Assembly (NCBI RefSeq): GCF_006345805.1
Contig: NC_043006.1
Span: forward strand, 40,052,001 to 40,116,000
Origin: Octopus sinensis
Lineage: Eukaryota
Reading direction: 5' to 3'
Length of the DNA: 64,000 nucleotides
A model generated the notes under the pieces. It had not been told where the DNA came from. It was given only the letters and a program-made list of their open reading frames with translations, and searched no databases. Both the position numbers and the translations under genes were made by a program. Shown in pieces: positions 51,412 to 62,989 of the stretch (the stretch's first letter is position 1; the number at the start of each line of letters is the position of its first letter).

Positions 51412-52050
51412 TGCGAATACATACAAACATATGTATATAGTATGTATATGTATGTGTATACATTGAATATATTTATACACACACACACACACACAGATAT
51501 AAACATATAGACATACAGATACACACACACACACACACATTGTGTGAGTGCGTTTATGTGTATATATGCATGCTTGGATAAATATATATATATGTACGTA
51601 TGTATGCATATATGTATGTATGTACGTATGTATGAACGTATGTATGTGCGTGTTTAAGTGTATGTGTGCGTGTTAGCATGTGTGTGTATGTGTGTTTCTT
51701 TAAAGACAGCAAACACAGAACAGGTTTTGCTATAAATGTAACCCCCGTTACCTTAATTCATTTATAACCTTCAGATCAGACACCTAAATCGATTCTTCTC
51801 CAAGCAATTTCAATGGAACTATCAAACTGCTGTGAATTGGTTGGCCGTTCATTTAACGACTTATTGCTTTAATTAGCTCTAATAGCTTGATTGAGTTTCT
51901 CTGTTCAAATGGCTAGCTTCCACGAGATAATTACGTCGTGACATTTTCAATACACACACACACATACACATGTATGTATGTACATTATATATATATTTAT
52001 ATACATGTATGTATGTACAGTATATATATTATATATAGATATATATATAT

Positions 52051-52103
<53 letters not shown>

Positions 52104-52159
52104 CATGTATGTATGTACATTATATATATATATTTATATATACATGTATGTATGTACAT

Positions 52160-52222
<63 letters not shown>

Positions 52223-52236
52223 ATACATGTATGTAT

Positions 52237-52623
52237 TATTTTACTTGTTGCAGTCATTTGACTGTGGCCATGCTGGAGCACTGCCTTTAGTCGAGCAAAT
52301 CGACCCTAGGACTTATTCTTTGTAAGCCTAGTACTTATTCTATCGGGTCTTTTACCGAACCGCTAAGTTACGGGAACGTAAACACACCAGCATCGGTTGT
52401 GAAGCGATGTTGGGGAGACAAACACAGACACACAAACATACATACACACATACATACATATATATATATATATACATATATACGACGGGCTTCTTTCAGT
52501 TCCATCTTTGGTCGGCACGAGGCTACAGTATAAGACACTAGCCCAAAGTGCTACGCAGTGGGACTGAACCCGGAACCATGTGGTTCGTAAGCAAGCTACT
52601 TACCAAACAGTCACTCCCACGCC
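52237..52623 (-). mobile_element. SINE family A (full length)
   Basis: ttttacttgttgcagtcatttgactgtggccatgctggagcac...gggactgaacccggaaccatgtgg. Confidence 0.9.
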
Positions 52624-52670
52624 TATGTATGTACATTATATATATTCATATATACATATATGTATGCACA

Positions 52671-52718
<48 letters not shown>

Positions 52719-54083
52719 ATATTTATATAAACATGTATAAATATATATATACATATTTATATATATGTGTGTGTGAGTACGTGTAGAAATTTACTATATA
52801 AACACACGTTCTTTCTCGCAGATATGCACACACACACACACAAACATCAAGCCTCTAACCAGCGCACAGGCATACTCATACACACGCAGGTGAACACATA
52901 ATTACTTACAAAGAATACAAAAAGGCAAATAAGAAAATCGCTCACACCGAAATATTACTTGCGGAAACACAATCCTCCATGTGCACGCAAACACATAACT
53001 GTATATACAATTACATTCATAGACCATTCTAAACACAACAGGTGGGTATTGCAACCAAATACAGGCATTTTATATATGCACACATCTGTGTGAGTATGTG
53101 TGTGTATACACACATTAGGCAAGACTTCCGACCGTCCCACCCAGAAAACCACCCTTATAAATTTTTTTTTCCATACAGCCCCTACACCCTTTTCAGTTAC
53201 GGGGAATACATATCTACAAAAGAAAAAAAAATTGGCAAAAATTGACATTTCTAAATTACCCCCATACCACCCCCATTTCCTTCATTTTTAACCTTTTTCA
53301 CATTTTTTTAAAATCAAAATATGCGGAAAAATACGGAGATTATGATTCTGAGAAAAATTTCCTAAAATCTTTGTAAAATTTTTTTAAAGAATTTTTTTTG
53401 TTTCTAAATATGCAGAAAAATACGGACATCATGATTCGGACAAAAATTTCGAAACATTTCTGTACTTACGATTACGGTTTTATTGTTAGGGTTTTAGGGT
53501 TAGTGTTGGGGAAAAAGTCAAAATTGAAGTTGATAGGGGGGGGGGTAATAATTTCACAATGCCGACAGTTTAAAGGACAGACGTTTCGGGATCAGCTGTT
53601 GCATTGCTTATCCCCGAAAAAATTCATTCTCATTACTATACCCAGCTATACTAGGGTTCTTAACATTATTTCGCAATTTAAATCTATTATTCATTGCTAT
53701 ATTTAATAATATATAATCTCTTATTATAAAAGGCAGATTTTATCTGCCTCCCCTTGTCTCTTATAGAAATCTACAATATAGGATTTCTTCAATTACAATT
53801 TACCTAGCATTTTTAAGAGTAGAATACATCGGGTCTTGCCAGGTCCACTTTTTAAAATTTCAACCCCAATTAAGCAAAATTTAGAGAAAACTCACATTGT
53901 GGTGTATAAGTCAAATGCTTTTCTTAGTGTGGGCTACAGCACACGCACACGCACACACACAGTGTGCAACGAATAAAGTGAAAGTAATTCACTTTTTGTA
54001 GTGACTGACTCTTTCACTCTGCATTCCCACTTCCTCTTTACACACATAGACACGCAAATATATAAATAAAATTGTAAGCTAAC

Positions 54084-54115
<32 letters not shown>

Positions 54116-54193
54116 GTGTGAGTGTGTGTGTGTGTTTGTGTGTGTGCGTGTGTGTGTGTGTGTGTGTGCGTGTGCGTGAGTGTGTGACAGGAA

Positions 54194-54864
54194 TTTTTTT
54201 AGGACGAATATAAGACCTTAAAGTATATCCAGTAGCAGAAAGATCGCCCAAAAGTGTATATAGATATTTAAATGTATTTATATATTCATCTATACACAGA
54301 TGTATGTATAATGTGTGTATATATTTCCTAGAGGTAACCTTTCACTCCATACAAAGTTTTTTAGGACGAATATAAGATCTAAAGTATATACAAGTAGCAG
54401 AAAGATCGCCCAAAAGTGTATATAGATATTTAAATGTATTTATATATTCATCTATACACAGATGTATGTATAATGTGTGTGTATATATTTTCAAAGACGT
54501 AACCATTCACTCCGCACAAAGTTTTTTAGGACGAAAATAAGATCTAAAGTTATCTCTAAGTAGCACAAAGATCGCCCAAAAGTGTATAGATATATAAATG
54601 TATTTTATATTCATCTATGCACACATGTATGTATAACGTGTGTGTATATATTTCCATAGAGGTAACCATTCACTCCATACAAAGATTTTTAGGACGAAAA
54701 TAAGATCTAAAGTTATCTCTAAGAAACAGAAAGATCGCCCAAAAGTGTATATAGATATTTAAATGTATTTATATATTCTATATACACACATGTATGTATA
54801 ATGTGCGTGTATTATTTCCATAGAGGTAACCATTCATCCATACAAAGTTTTTTAGGACGAAAAT
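54194..54864. repeat. Tandem array of ~163 bp (4 full units plus a partial fifth) inside the Helitron
   Basis: aggacgaa starts at 54201, 54363, 54528, 54691, 54854. Confidence 0.95.
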
Positions 54865-55199
54865 ATTTTATATATAAAAGAAAGGTTGTGTGTCTGTCTA
54901 CTCCGATTTAGATTCCTAACTACTCCCACATTTTGCGATGCAGTTTAACCAAAACCGGGTATCTTATAGTCGTGATTCATATCGAGCCCTTCTGGGTATT
55001 AGCGCGCGTCTACGATGAGTCTATGATTTTACAAATAATTTACCATCATTTTTTTTCATTTTAATGCATATTTTTTAATAAAGGGAAGTAACTCTCAAAC
55101 TTCACACCAATATGCGTGCTCATATGCGACGTAATATCACATCAGCAGCATTTCCTCACACCCTCCTTGCACTTGGCGAAGGCGAAATACCAGGGGATG

Positions 55200-55605
55200 A
55201 AAATGGTAATATTGCCATCGATTCCATTTGTACCATTGTTAACGCCTTCTGATCTCAGAGATGCAGTGTTCCCAGATCTACAAGCTAATTATCAGAATAT
55301 GGATTGGATTGGCAAAAAGGCTATACTGGCCCCGAGGAATAAAACTGTTCACCATATTAATGATGAAATGCTAAAACTCATTCCTGGGGAAGTCTATGTA
55401 TATCAGTCTATCGATACAACTCCTGACCAGAGGACGTCATCAACTATCCAATAGAGGTACTCAATTCCTTTGAGCACCCCGGACTACCACCACACCTTCT
55501 CAAACTTAAAGTTGGTGCCCCTATAATGCTCATCAGAACTTTGGTTCCCCTAAAACAATGCAATGGCACACGTTTGATCGTTAAGTCCTTATCTCCCACC
55601 GTAAA
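55200..55605 (+). pseudogene. Helitron RepHel Pif1-like helicase fragment
   Basis: AVFPDL..WIGKKAILAPRNKTVHHIN..IPGE..YQSID / [31 protein letters not shown]...CNGTRLIVK. Confidence 0.9.
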
Positions 55606-55806
55606 CTTATATCAATATTTGCCTGAATAATCATCATAATTCAGTGCAATCATAAACAGTACTTTCAAGCAATTCAGCCCCGAGCAACGCCGGGCAATTC
55701 TGCTAGTATAATATAAATCTATTATTCATTGCTATAATCACCCCCAAGTTTGGTGTCGTAGAATAGGATAATTTCAAAGATGATCTATTGAATATGGAGT
55801 GGCACT

Positions 55807-55966
55807 TATACATTATTTACATTTGACGGATATTTGTCCTCATCTTGTTTGTTCTTAACACAACGTTTCAGCTGATATACCCTCCAGCCTTCATCAGGTG
55901 TCTTAGGGAAATTTCGAACCTGGGTTCTCATTCCTAAGGTATTTTTCGATATCATCATCATCATTA

Positions 55967-56021
<55 letters not shown>

Positions 56022-56120
56022 GTAATTATTATTATTATTATTATTCAGGTCACAGTTTGGAATCGAACTCGGAATCATGGGGTTAGTAGCCTGCGCTCTT
56101 AACCACTATGCCTTATGCCC
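55807..56120 (-). mobile_element. tRNA-headed SINE with internal (AAT)n and a hammerhead-bearing 3' tail
   Basis: Minus: A box ggcatagtgg, anticodon-like ggctactaacc, B box gagttcgattcc, ~90 nt (AAT)n, then the tail containing the 55858-55901 motif. Confidence 0.8.
55858..55901 (-). ncRNA. Minimal type I hammerhead ribozyme candidate
   Basis: acac-CUGAUGA-a-GGCUG(gaggguauau)CAGCU-GAAA-C-GU-U-gugu; canonical core. Confidence 0.75.
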
Positions 56121-56177
56121 AAGGGCATATGACATAGTGGTTATGATTTTGTTTTAAAATTCCAAATCTGTACATAT

Positions 56178-56263
56178 TCTCTGATGAAGGAAATGTGGAT
56201 TACGGAAGTTCAAAAGGTCTTACCTACACACTCTTTCGCACATTCCCGGAAACGGCTGTAAGA
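56178..56263 (+). ncRNA. Type I hammerhead-like motif with a long stem II
   Basis: ucu-CUGAUGA-a-GGAAAUGUG...CACAUUCCC-g-GAAA-CGGCUGU-A-aga; stem III near-palindromic, stem I only 3 bp. Confidence 0.55.
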
Positions 56264-56419
56264 TTCTTTCTATTTATTGGATTCATTTGACGACTTCCCT
56301 TTTGGATTATTGTGAACTGCTATCTCATCAGTTTGGACTTCTTAATTTATCTGTATGTATTTATGCAACTGCTTATCTGCCTTTCATTTGGGCACGGAAT
56401 TACACTATTACATGTATAT

Positions 56420-56760
56420 ATAATAATCAAAGAAGATGCAGTCTGGGGAGTTAGATGACCAGGTGCTAGAGGTGATATGGTTACAGAAATTGTCTGATAG
56501 CCATGACTGTGCTCTCCTGCTTGTGTGGCATGATGCAGAGTCCTGTTGCCAGACATAGGGTTTTCCAGCATCCATCCTCTTGAACTAGGGTAACACCAAC
56601 TCCTGCAGGCACTTGTCCATGTTGAGTGTGAGGCCACGTGGGAAGATAAAAGGAGGCATAACGTCGCATTCACTAGTGACCACTCCAAACATCATGATGT
56701 TGACTGGATGTTTGATTTTTATCACTCTCGGTACATACCTCAGAATAGCACCAAAACGCT
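56420..56760 (-). pseudogene. Tc1/mariner DD37D (maT-type) transposase fragment
   Basis: KHPVNIMMFGVVTS..VMPPFIF...YVWQQDSASCH...NSPDCIFFDYY; 37 residues between the second and third D; in-frame stop. Confidence 0.85.
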
Positions 56761-57007
56761 CTGAAATGTTCGTATTAGAGCTTCTGACATGAATGCCAAG
56801 CAGTACAGCATGTCGTTTCCAAATTTCTGGCAGAGTAAATTGCGTCATGGTGCTGTTTTTCTCACAGACAGTGCCCAACTGACCCTACTATACTGTGCAG
56901 TCCAGCAAAATCAAAAACAACAATGTGCATGTGCTAAATTAAAAATATAAAGCAGCGATAATTTATCCATCGCACATTGTATGTGTGTGTGTGGTGTGTG
57001 TGTGTGT

Positions 57008-57052
<45 letters not shown>

Positions 57053-57060
57053 TGTGTACA

Positions 57061-57093
<33 letters not shown>

Positions 57094-57108
57094 GTGTATG
57101 TAGGTATA

Positions 57109-57163
<55 letters not shown>

Positions 57164-57169
57164 CTTTAA

Positions 57170-57366
57170 CTCTTTTACTTGCTTCAGTCATTTGACTGTG
57201 GCCATGCTGGAGCACCGCCTTTAGTCGATCAAGCAAATCAACCCTAAGACTCATTCTTTGTATGCCTAGAACTTATTCTTTCGGTTTCTTATGCCGAACC
57301 GCTAAGTTACGGGGACGTAAACACACCACCATCGGATGTCAAGCGATGACAAACACACACACACAC

Positions 57367-57408
<42 letters not shown>

Positions 57409-57573
57409 TATATACGACGGTCTTCTTTCAGTTTCCGTCTACCAAATCCACTCACAAGGCTTTGGTCGGCCCAAGGCTATAGTAGAAGACACTTGCCCAA
57501 GATGTCACGCAGTGGGGCTGAACCCACAACCATGTGGTTGGTAAGCAAGCTACTTACCACACAGCCACTCCTG
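57170..57573 (-). mobile_element. SINE family A (full length)
   Basis: ctcttttacttgcttcagtcatttgactgtggccatgctgg...ttaccacacagccactcctg. Confidence 0.9.
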
Positions 57574-57738
57574 CGCCAATATATATATGCATACAGACAC
57601 ACACACACACACACACACATACAGGTTAATAGGTGAGTCGCTTTGTATAGAAAACTCGTAGTACTAGTGTGTTCTGTAATTTTTGTTCTTTGTGCCCACG
57701 AATACACGATACATATGTATATGTGCGTTTATGTTTCT

Positions 57739-57783
<45 letters not shown>

Positions 57784-58206
57784 CAAACATGTTTGTGCAC
57801 TGAAATGTCATGTAAGCTAGAAGGTTGGTATATCTAAACAAAACAGACTCTTCTAAATAACGGACAGCCGAGAAATATTTCCGGATAATTTTTTTATATT
57901 ATATATATCCATTAATGGTCGTTGACCTATTTATGTAATAGGTGTTTCTCTAATAGTTATGTGAGGATTTTCAGGGCGAATCTTTTGTCTGCTGTGCATA
58001 TGTTACATTCTTTGCTTCCGCTTTTTATGGCCTTTATTTTTCAATAATCGTTAAATTCAAGTTATAAGTGGAAGTATATCCTTTTAACCGCTAAAACTAG
58101 TCGGCGAAGTGTGTGTGTATTCGTTTATATATATAAATATATAAATGCATGCGTACATACATATATGTATATATAAACACATGTATCTATGTATGTATAT
58201 ATAAAC

Positions 58207-58266
<60 letters not shown>

Positions 58267-58529
58267 ATGGTATGTATGTATATATGTATGTTTGATGCAA
58301 GCTCTTACTACAATTTGCTCAAGCATTCATACAAAAAAATTCAACATACATATACATGCGTATGCACACGCTCATATAAATATATATATATAGTATATGC
58401 ATATACAACTATATACACTCACATACACGTATGCACACTCACGTACAACATCCCTACGCTCAAGTACACACGCGCCTATATACCTAATCAATTTTAATAT
58501 ATATTATATTGTTATATTAACCTGTATGT

Positions 58530-58738
58530 GGAGGCGCGTGGCTTAGTGGTTAAGATGTCAGCATCATGATCGTAAGATTGTGGTTTCGATTCTTGGACCG
58601 GTCGACGCGTTGTGTTCTTGAGCGAAACACTTCATTTCACGTTGCTCCAGTTCACTCAGCTGGCAAAAATGTGTCCAGCTGCGGAATACATACGCCATTG
58701 AAACCGGGAAACTGGGCCCATGAGCCTGGCTAGGCTTT
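58530..58738 (+). mobile_element. SINE family D (tRNA head plus CORE-like segment)
   Basis: ggaggcgcgtggcttagtggttaag...ggtttcgattc...gtgttcttgagcgaaacacttcatttcacgttgctccagttcactcagctg. Confidence 0.85.
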
Positions 58739-59412
58739 GTTTATTATTATTAACCTGTACATGGACACATACATATGCAAGTTTCAACAATTAGTCGCCC
58801 CCTACATGAATTAATACACATAACAACATTAACAGTACGTAGATAAATGCTAACTGCAAAATGCCAAACAATAATCAAACAAATATATAACTAAAAAAGA
58901 GTGTAAAGTTAATATCAAAGTGTTAAATAACTATTTCGTTGTGCGGTGGGGGGGATAGTGAAATGTGTAAGTCCAATAGTGGGGGCGGGGTTTCCAGTTA
59001 AATAGAAGTAGCCAACGCTGACTTAAAGTGGTCTAGAATAAACTAAAGTAAAACAAACCAACGAGTATGAAATGGTAAAGTATGTTACAAAATACACACA
59101 AATTCATTCATTATCATGGTGAAGGATCAAGACAGTATTAAGGAGGGGATGGTAGGGGAATGGATACTTGAGCACTCTCTAGTCTAAATTTATGTTAGGA
59201 TTTAAGAGAACTGGCATTATATGATTATAAGAGGGTGTAAAGGTTATACTGAGGAATAGTAAAATGAAGCACTATAATATAATATAATGTAAATCAATTG
59301 TTGTTCGTCAATATTTCTCCATTTTCCGCTTTCTTTATATAAATATAAATATCGAAGAAGGTAAAAAGAAAGAAAATTAAAAGTTTCTGACAATGTAGAA
59401 AGTTTAATAAAA

Positions 59413-59450
59413 CCTTTATATTTCAGGCACAAAAGCCCATCTTCAGAAGA
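59413..59450 (-). ncRNA. Minimal type I hammerhead-like motif
   Basis: ucuu-CUGAAGA-u-GGGC(uuuugu)GCCU-GAAA-U-AU-A-aagg; canonical core, palindromic stem III AUAU. Confidence 0.6.
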
Positions 59451-59511
59451 AAAGAACAGTCTGAGGGAAGCAGTTATGTTGGTTCCGTTAACCCATTCAA
59501 ATTTGAATATA

Positions 59512-61324
59512 TCTCTATTTATATAAAACTGAGAATGTGTGTCTGTCTGTCTGTCTGTCTGTCTGTGTGTTTCCCTAAAACTTGAGAACTACACAACCAA
59601 TTTCATTCAAATCTTACACATGCCTTATTTAAGGTCTGGGGAGTGTTATCGGCAAAAAAAAATGTTTAACTTCTTCCCTAGGGCTACCCCACAGCAATAT
59701 CATATCTTCTCCACTATTTAAGTATTACGTGTTAAAAGTGAAACAAAAACGTCTCTCTATTGTAATGCAGACACTTTCATTTTAATACTGAAACTATTAT
59801 ATAACAGGGATGAAAGTGGTCATCCATTTTGCTAGAAGAAGATCCGCTATGGTCTTATATGCTACACCACTGGTTTTCAATTCATATTAATCAAATTAGT
59901 ATTCAATTTTTCACCCTTATTATGTGTGTTTGTGTGTGTGTGTGTGTATTAGCAATTCGTATAAAATTGCATCAATGACTTCAACATGAGTAAGTGGTTT
60001 CACATAAATGGGGATAAATTAAAAAGTTTTGTTGTTATTATTATTACTGTTTGACTATTGTAATCACGTTTGTTGCTAAATATATATATAAATACATGTA
60101 TATATACTGATGTATATGTATACCTGTATATGTATAGATGTATTTCTATAGATATACATGTATATGTAAACATGTATATATACACATATATACACCCATA
60201 CACACATACCGATACACCCCACCACACACACAGGTGCAGGTGTGGCTGTGTGGTAACTTGGCATGTGTCTTCTGCTATAGCATCATATCAGCCAGAGCTC
60301 GCTCTGGGCGCCATTGGGGCGACTGTACACAGCTACCAGCCCACAGTCGACACTATGGCGACCAGAGCTCGCTCTGGGCGCCAATGGGGCGACTGTACCC
60401 AGCTACCAGCCTACAGTCGACGCTATGACAATTCATATATTTTTGCTGTTGAGGAAATTTTAACCATAGATATTAGACACAAATGAAGTAATATTTATAA
60501 AATTTCATCTTCTTACAAAGTTAGAAAGACCCCTCCATGGGGATTTAACACCCACAATTTTGTCATTTTATCTAAGCAAAAACGAATACAGTTGTGCTCT
60601 TGGAAGCTGTAGGGTTACCCGAGCATAAAAGTTGGGCATTATTTCTAATTCAATGGTACAGCGGTGTAACAGTTTGCTTTGACATACACTTACATTGTGA
60701 TTTCTGCAATGTGGTGCATAAATTTTTAAGTAAATGAGAGGCATCTTTGTCTCCACTGATTCAGTTGCAAAGTGTTGAGTAAAGTTATTTGATTGCAGAC
60801 CTCCTTTCAGTCTTTTTATTATCACTCGGTCACACATAGTCCCCAGATGGTAACATTGATTACAAGACCTTCCCAGATGAGTGACTGGTTATTCAAAGAT
60901 ATTTATAGACTTTAAATTCATTCTGTCCAGTTACGTATCTGTATAGTAGTCATTTGCAAACTCCAGAGGTGACACTTTAATTTCTCCTAAGCCCTCACGT
61001 CACACAGTTGTTAATGTTCATTTCAGTTTGGTCAGCCCTTCCAATTGCTATAGATTCGTAATGCATCTTACGGCTGTGCCTGTCACCTGGATGGTGAGGA
61101 ATCCTACATTGGGAGTGGTAACTGACTGCTTATTGTGATCATTCGTCTTTGGTTTCCATGTGGCACGATTATAATTTTTTAGGGTGTGTAAAGAGGGAAA
61201 CAACCCTCATCTGTAATTTTGATGAAATTCGAAACATAGGTATTCCAGTTAATTCAGAAAATATAACAGAAAAGTCTAATTCTTCAATTGAATGTAACCG
61301 GGCAACGCCGGGTATCTCTGCTAG
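59512..61324 (+). mobile_element. Probable non-autonomous Helitron (~1.8 kb) with internal cargo
   Basis: A|TCtctatttatataaaactgagaatgtgtgtctg head; ccgggcaacgccggg hairpin + CTAG|T at 61321-61325; pairing the two ends is inferred. Confidence 0.65.
60292..60429. repeat. GC-rich 70-bp direct duplication
   Basis: ccagagctcgctctgggcgcca.tggggcgactgtac.cagctaccagcc.acagtcgac.ctatg at 60292 and 60362. Confidence 0.95.
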
Positions 61325-62014
61325 TGTATATATATATATGTATATATATATATATGTTTGTATGCATATATATATATGTATATATATATATATGTTTGTA
61401 TGCATATATATATATGTATATATATATACATATACATATATATATGTATGTATATATAAATATATAAATATATAAACACACACACACACATATATATATA
61501 TCTCGCCATATAAAGGTAAGATGCAAGGATCCAAGTGTAGGAATTTTGCAAGCTTCAAGCTGTCCATGGAAGATGTAGAAAACAAAAAGCGGAGTGTACT
61601 TTAGGGTCCAATAACAAATTATTGGTGCCAAAAGTTACACACCTTTTCCAAAATAGAATTCACAAGGAAATTTGATAAGCTGAAAGTTTCTGTATAGTTT
61701 ACGGTTAGCCACTAGAGTTGCTACAAATGCAGATAAAAGTCCAAATTGAGGGAGTGGAATGGGTCAGCATTATCTGACGAACGCGATGTACGCATGTACC
61801 TCCCCCGCCCGACCTTTCAATGATAGCTTCCTCTCAGCTCATCTCAGGTTATATATGCTTCTGAACCAGATGATCTTCTGATGTAATTTTACTCAACGAG
61901 GCTTACTCAGCTTAGCTAATCATCAGGCGGAAAATACCTCAATTACATGTAAGCTATATATATATATATATATGTATATATAAGAAGCTTGCTTCCCAGC
62001 CATACAGTTCTGCT

Positions 62015-62530
62015 TCTGCGTTCTGGAGACGGACAAGGTCCGGGATTTTTTTATGCTTTCGGATGTCAACCTCGGACCAGCCTTCCCTGGCAGTTCTCGT
62101 CGCTTCTATCCGCCCCGTCCTCGATTACGCATCCCAGAAGCCACCAAATATCTGGAGGGATTCTAGAAATGCGGATTTGAGCTGTACGTTTTCCCATGTG
62201 GTAGCTGTACATGATGACTTTGCTGGTTTTACAGTGGGGTTTGCGAGGGGTTCTGACTTAAACAGCACCGAAATGCTGCCGTATTGTTTGCTTCTTGCTA
62301 TGTATTCGATGTCATTTCTGATGCACCTCAACACCGCCTCAATATCAACTTGGGCTACTAAAGCTGCTCTTTTCGTGTCTGCTGAGATGCATCTTAAAAG
62401 CATCATTCTTCTCCGCACTGCTTCAATTGCCTCTGATGGGATTGTCAGATTGCCCCAAGTCTTCTCTTGTTTTATTAGTATCTGTGGCTGTGGTAGCATC
62501 TGCTCCCTATTTGTAAGATCTTCGGCAAAG
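62015..62530 (-). pseudogene. Tx1/L1-like ORF1 remnant, homologous to 37982-38449
   Basis: IEYIARSKQYGSISVLF, frameshift, then YHMGKRTAQIRISRIP, versus IQKGKQYRMF...YMGKRLTRILVKNVP. Confidence 0.55.
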
Positions 62531-62668
62531 CGTTGTTTGTTCTTCGCTGCTGCGAACGTATTTTTGTTATTGTTATTGGTATTGTTTTTGTTGGTGTTGT
62601 TTTTGTTGTTGTTGTTATTCTTATCGATATTATTGGTATTGGTTTTTTGTTGTTGCTGTTGTCACTTT

Positions 62669-62972
62669 TTCCAGGAAGTTAGAAAATCTTTGGAACATTC
62701 CATGAAATCCTCTGACTTTCGAGGAAGTTTTCTACCAATATTCCAGGAAGTTAGAAAATCCATGGAACATTCCATTAAATCCTCGGAACTCTCCAGGAAG
62801 TTTTCAACCAATTTTCCAGGAAGTTAAAAAATCCTCGAAACTTTCCATGAAATCCTCGGAACTTCCCAGAAAGTTTTCGACAAATTTTCCAGGTAGTTAG
62901 AAAATCCTTGGAACTTTCCAGGAAGTTTTCCACCAATTTTCCAGGAAATTAGAAAATCCTCAGAACTTCCGA
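62669..62972. repeat. ~73-bp minisatellite (4-5 units)
   Basis: ccagg(a/t)ag/att..aaaatc recurs at 62671, 62743, 62816, 62889, 62941. Confidence 0.9.
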
Positions 62973-62989
62973 TAGCTTTTTTCGCCGCC

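Larger units (their letters stand above)
53717..55706 (+). mobile_element. Composite non-autonomous Helitron (~2 kb)
   Basis: A|TCtcttattataaaaggcag 5' end; internal tandem array; second Helitron head at ~54866; helicase remnant; ccgagcaacgccggg hairpin + CTAG|T. Confidence 0.85.

Noticed and set aside
53485-53503. gttagggttttagggttag telomere-like sequence
   Set aside because: Only about two imperfect units inside a repeat; not an interstitial telomere array.
53570-53620. Stem II plus GAAACGUC half-hammerhead on the minus strand
   Set aside because: No CUGANGA upstream.
37253-58600. tRNA-like sequences at 37253, 44938, 56046-56120, 58530
   Set aside because: SINE heads: no complete acceptor stem, and they run on into repeat bodies.
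22222-60429. Tandem arrays (175, 163, 73, 70 bp) as CRISPR-like
   Set aside because: No unique spacers, eukaryotic context, no cas genes.
62063-62827. 254-aa plus-strand ORF
   Set aside because: Antisense shadow of the ORF1 remnant, (GTT)n and the minisatellite.
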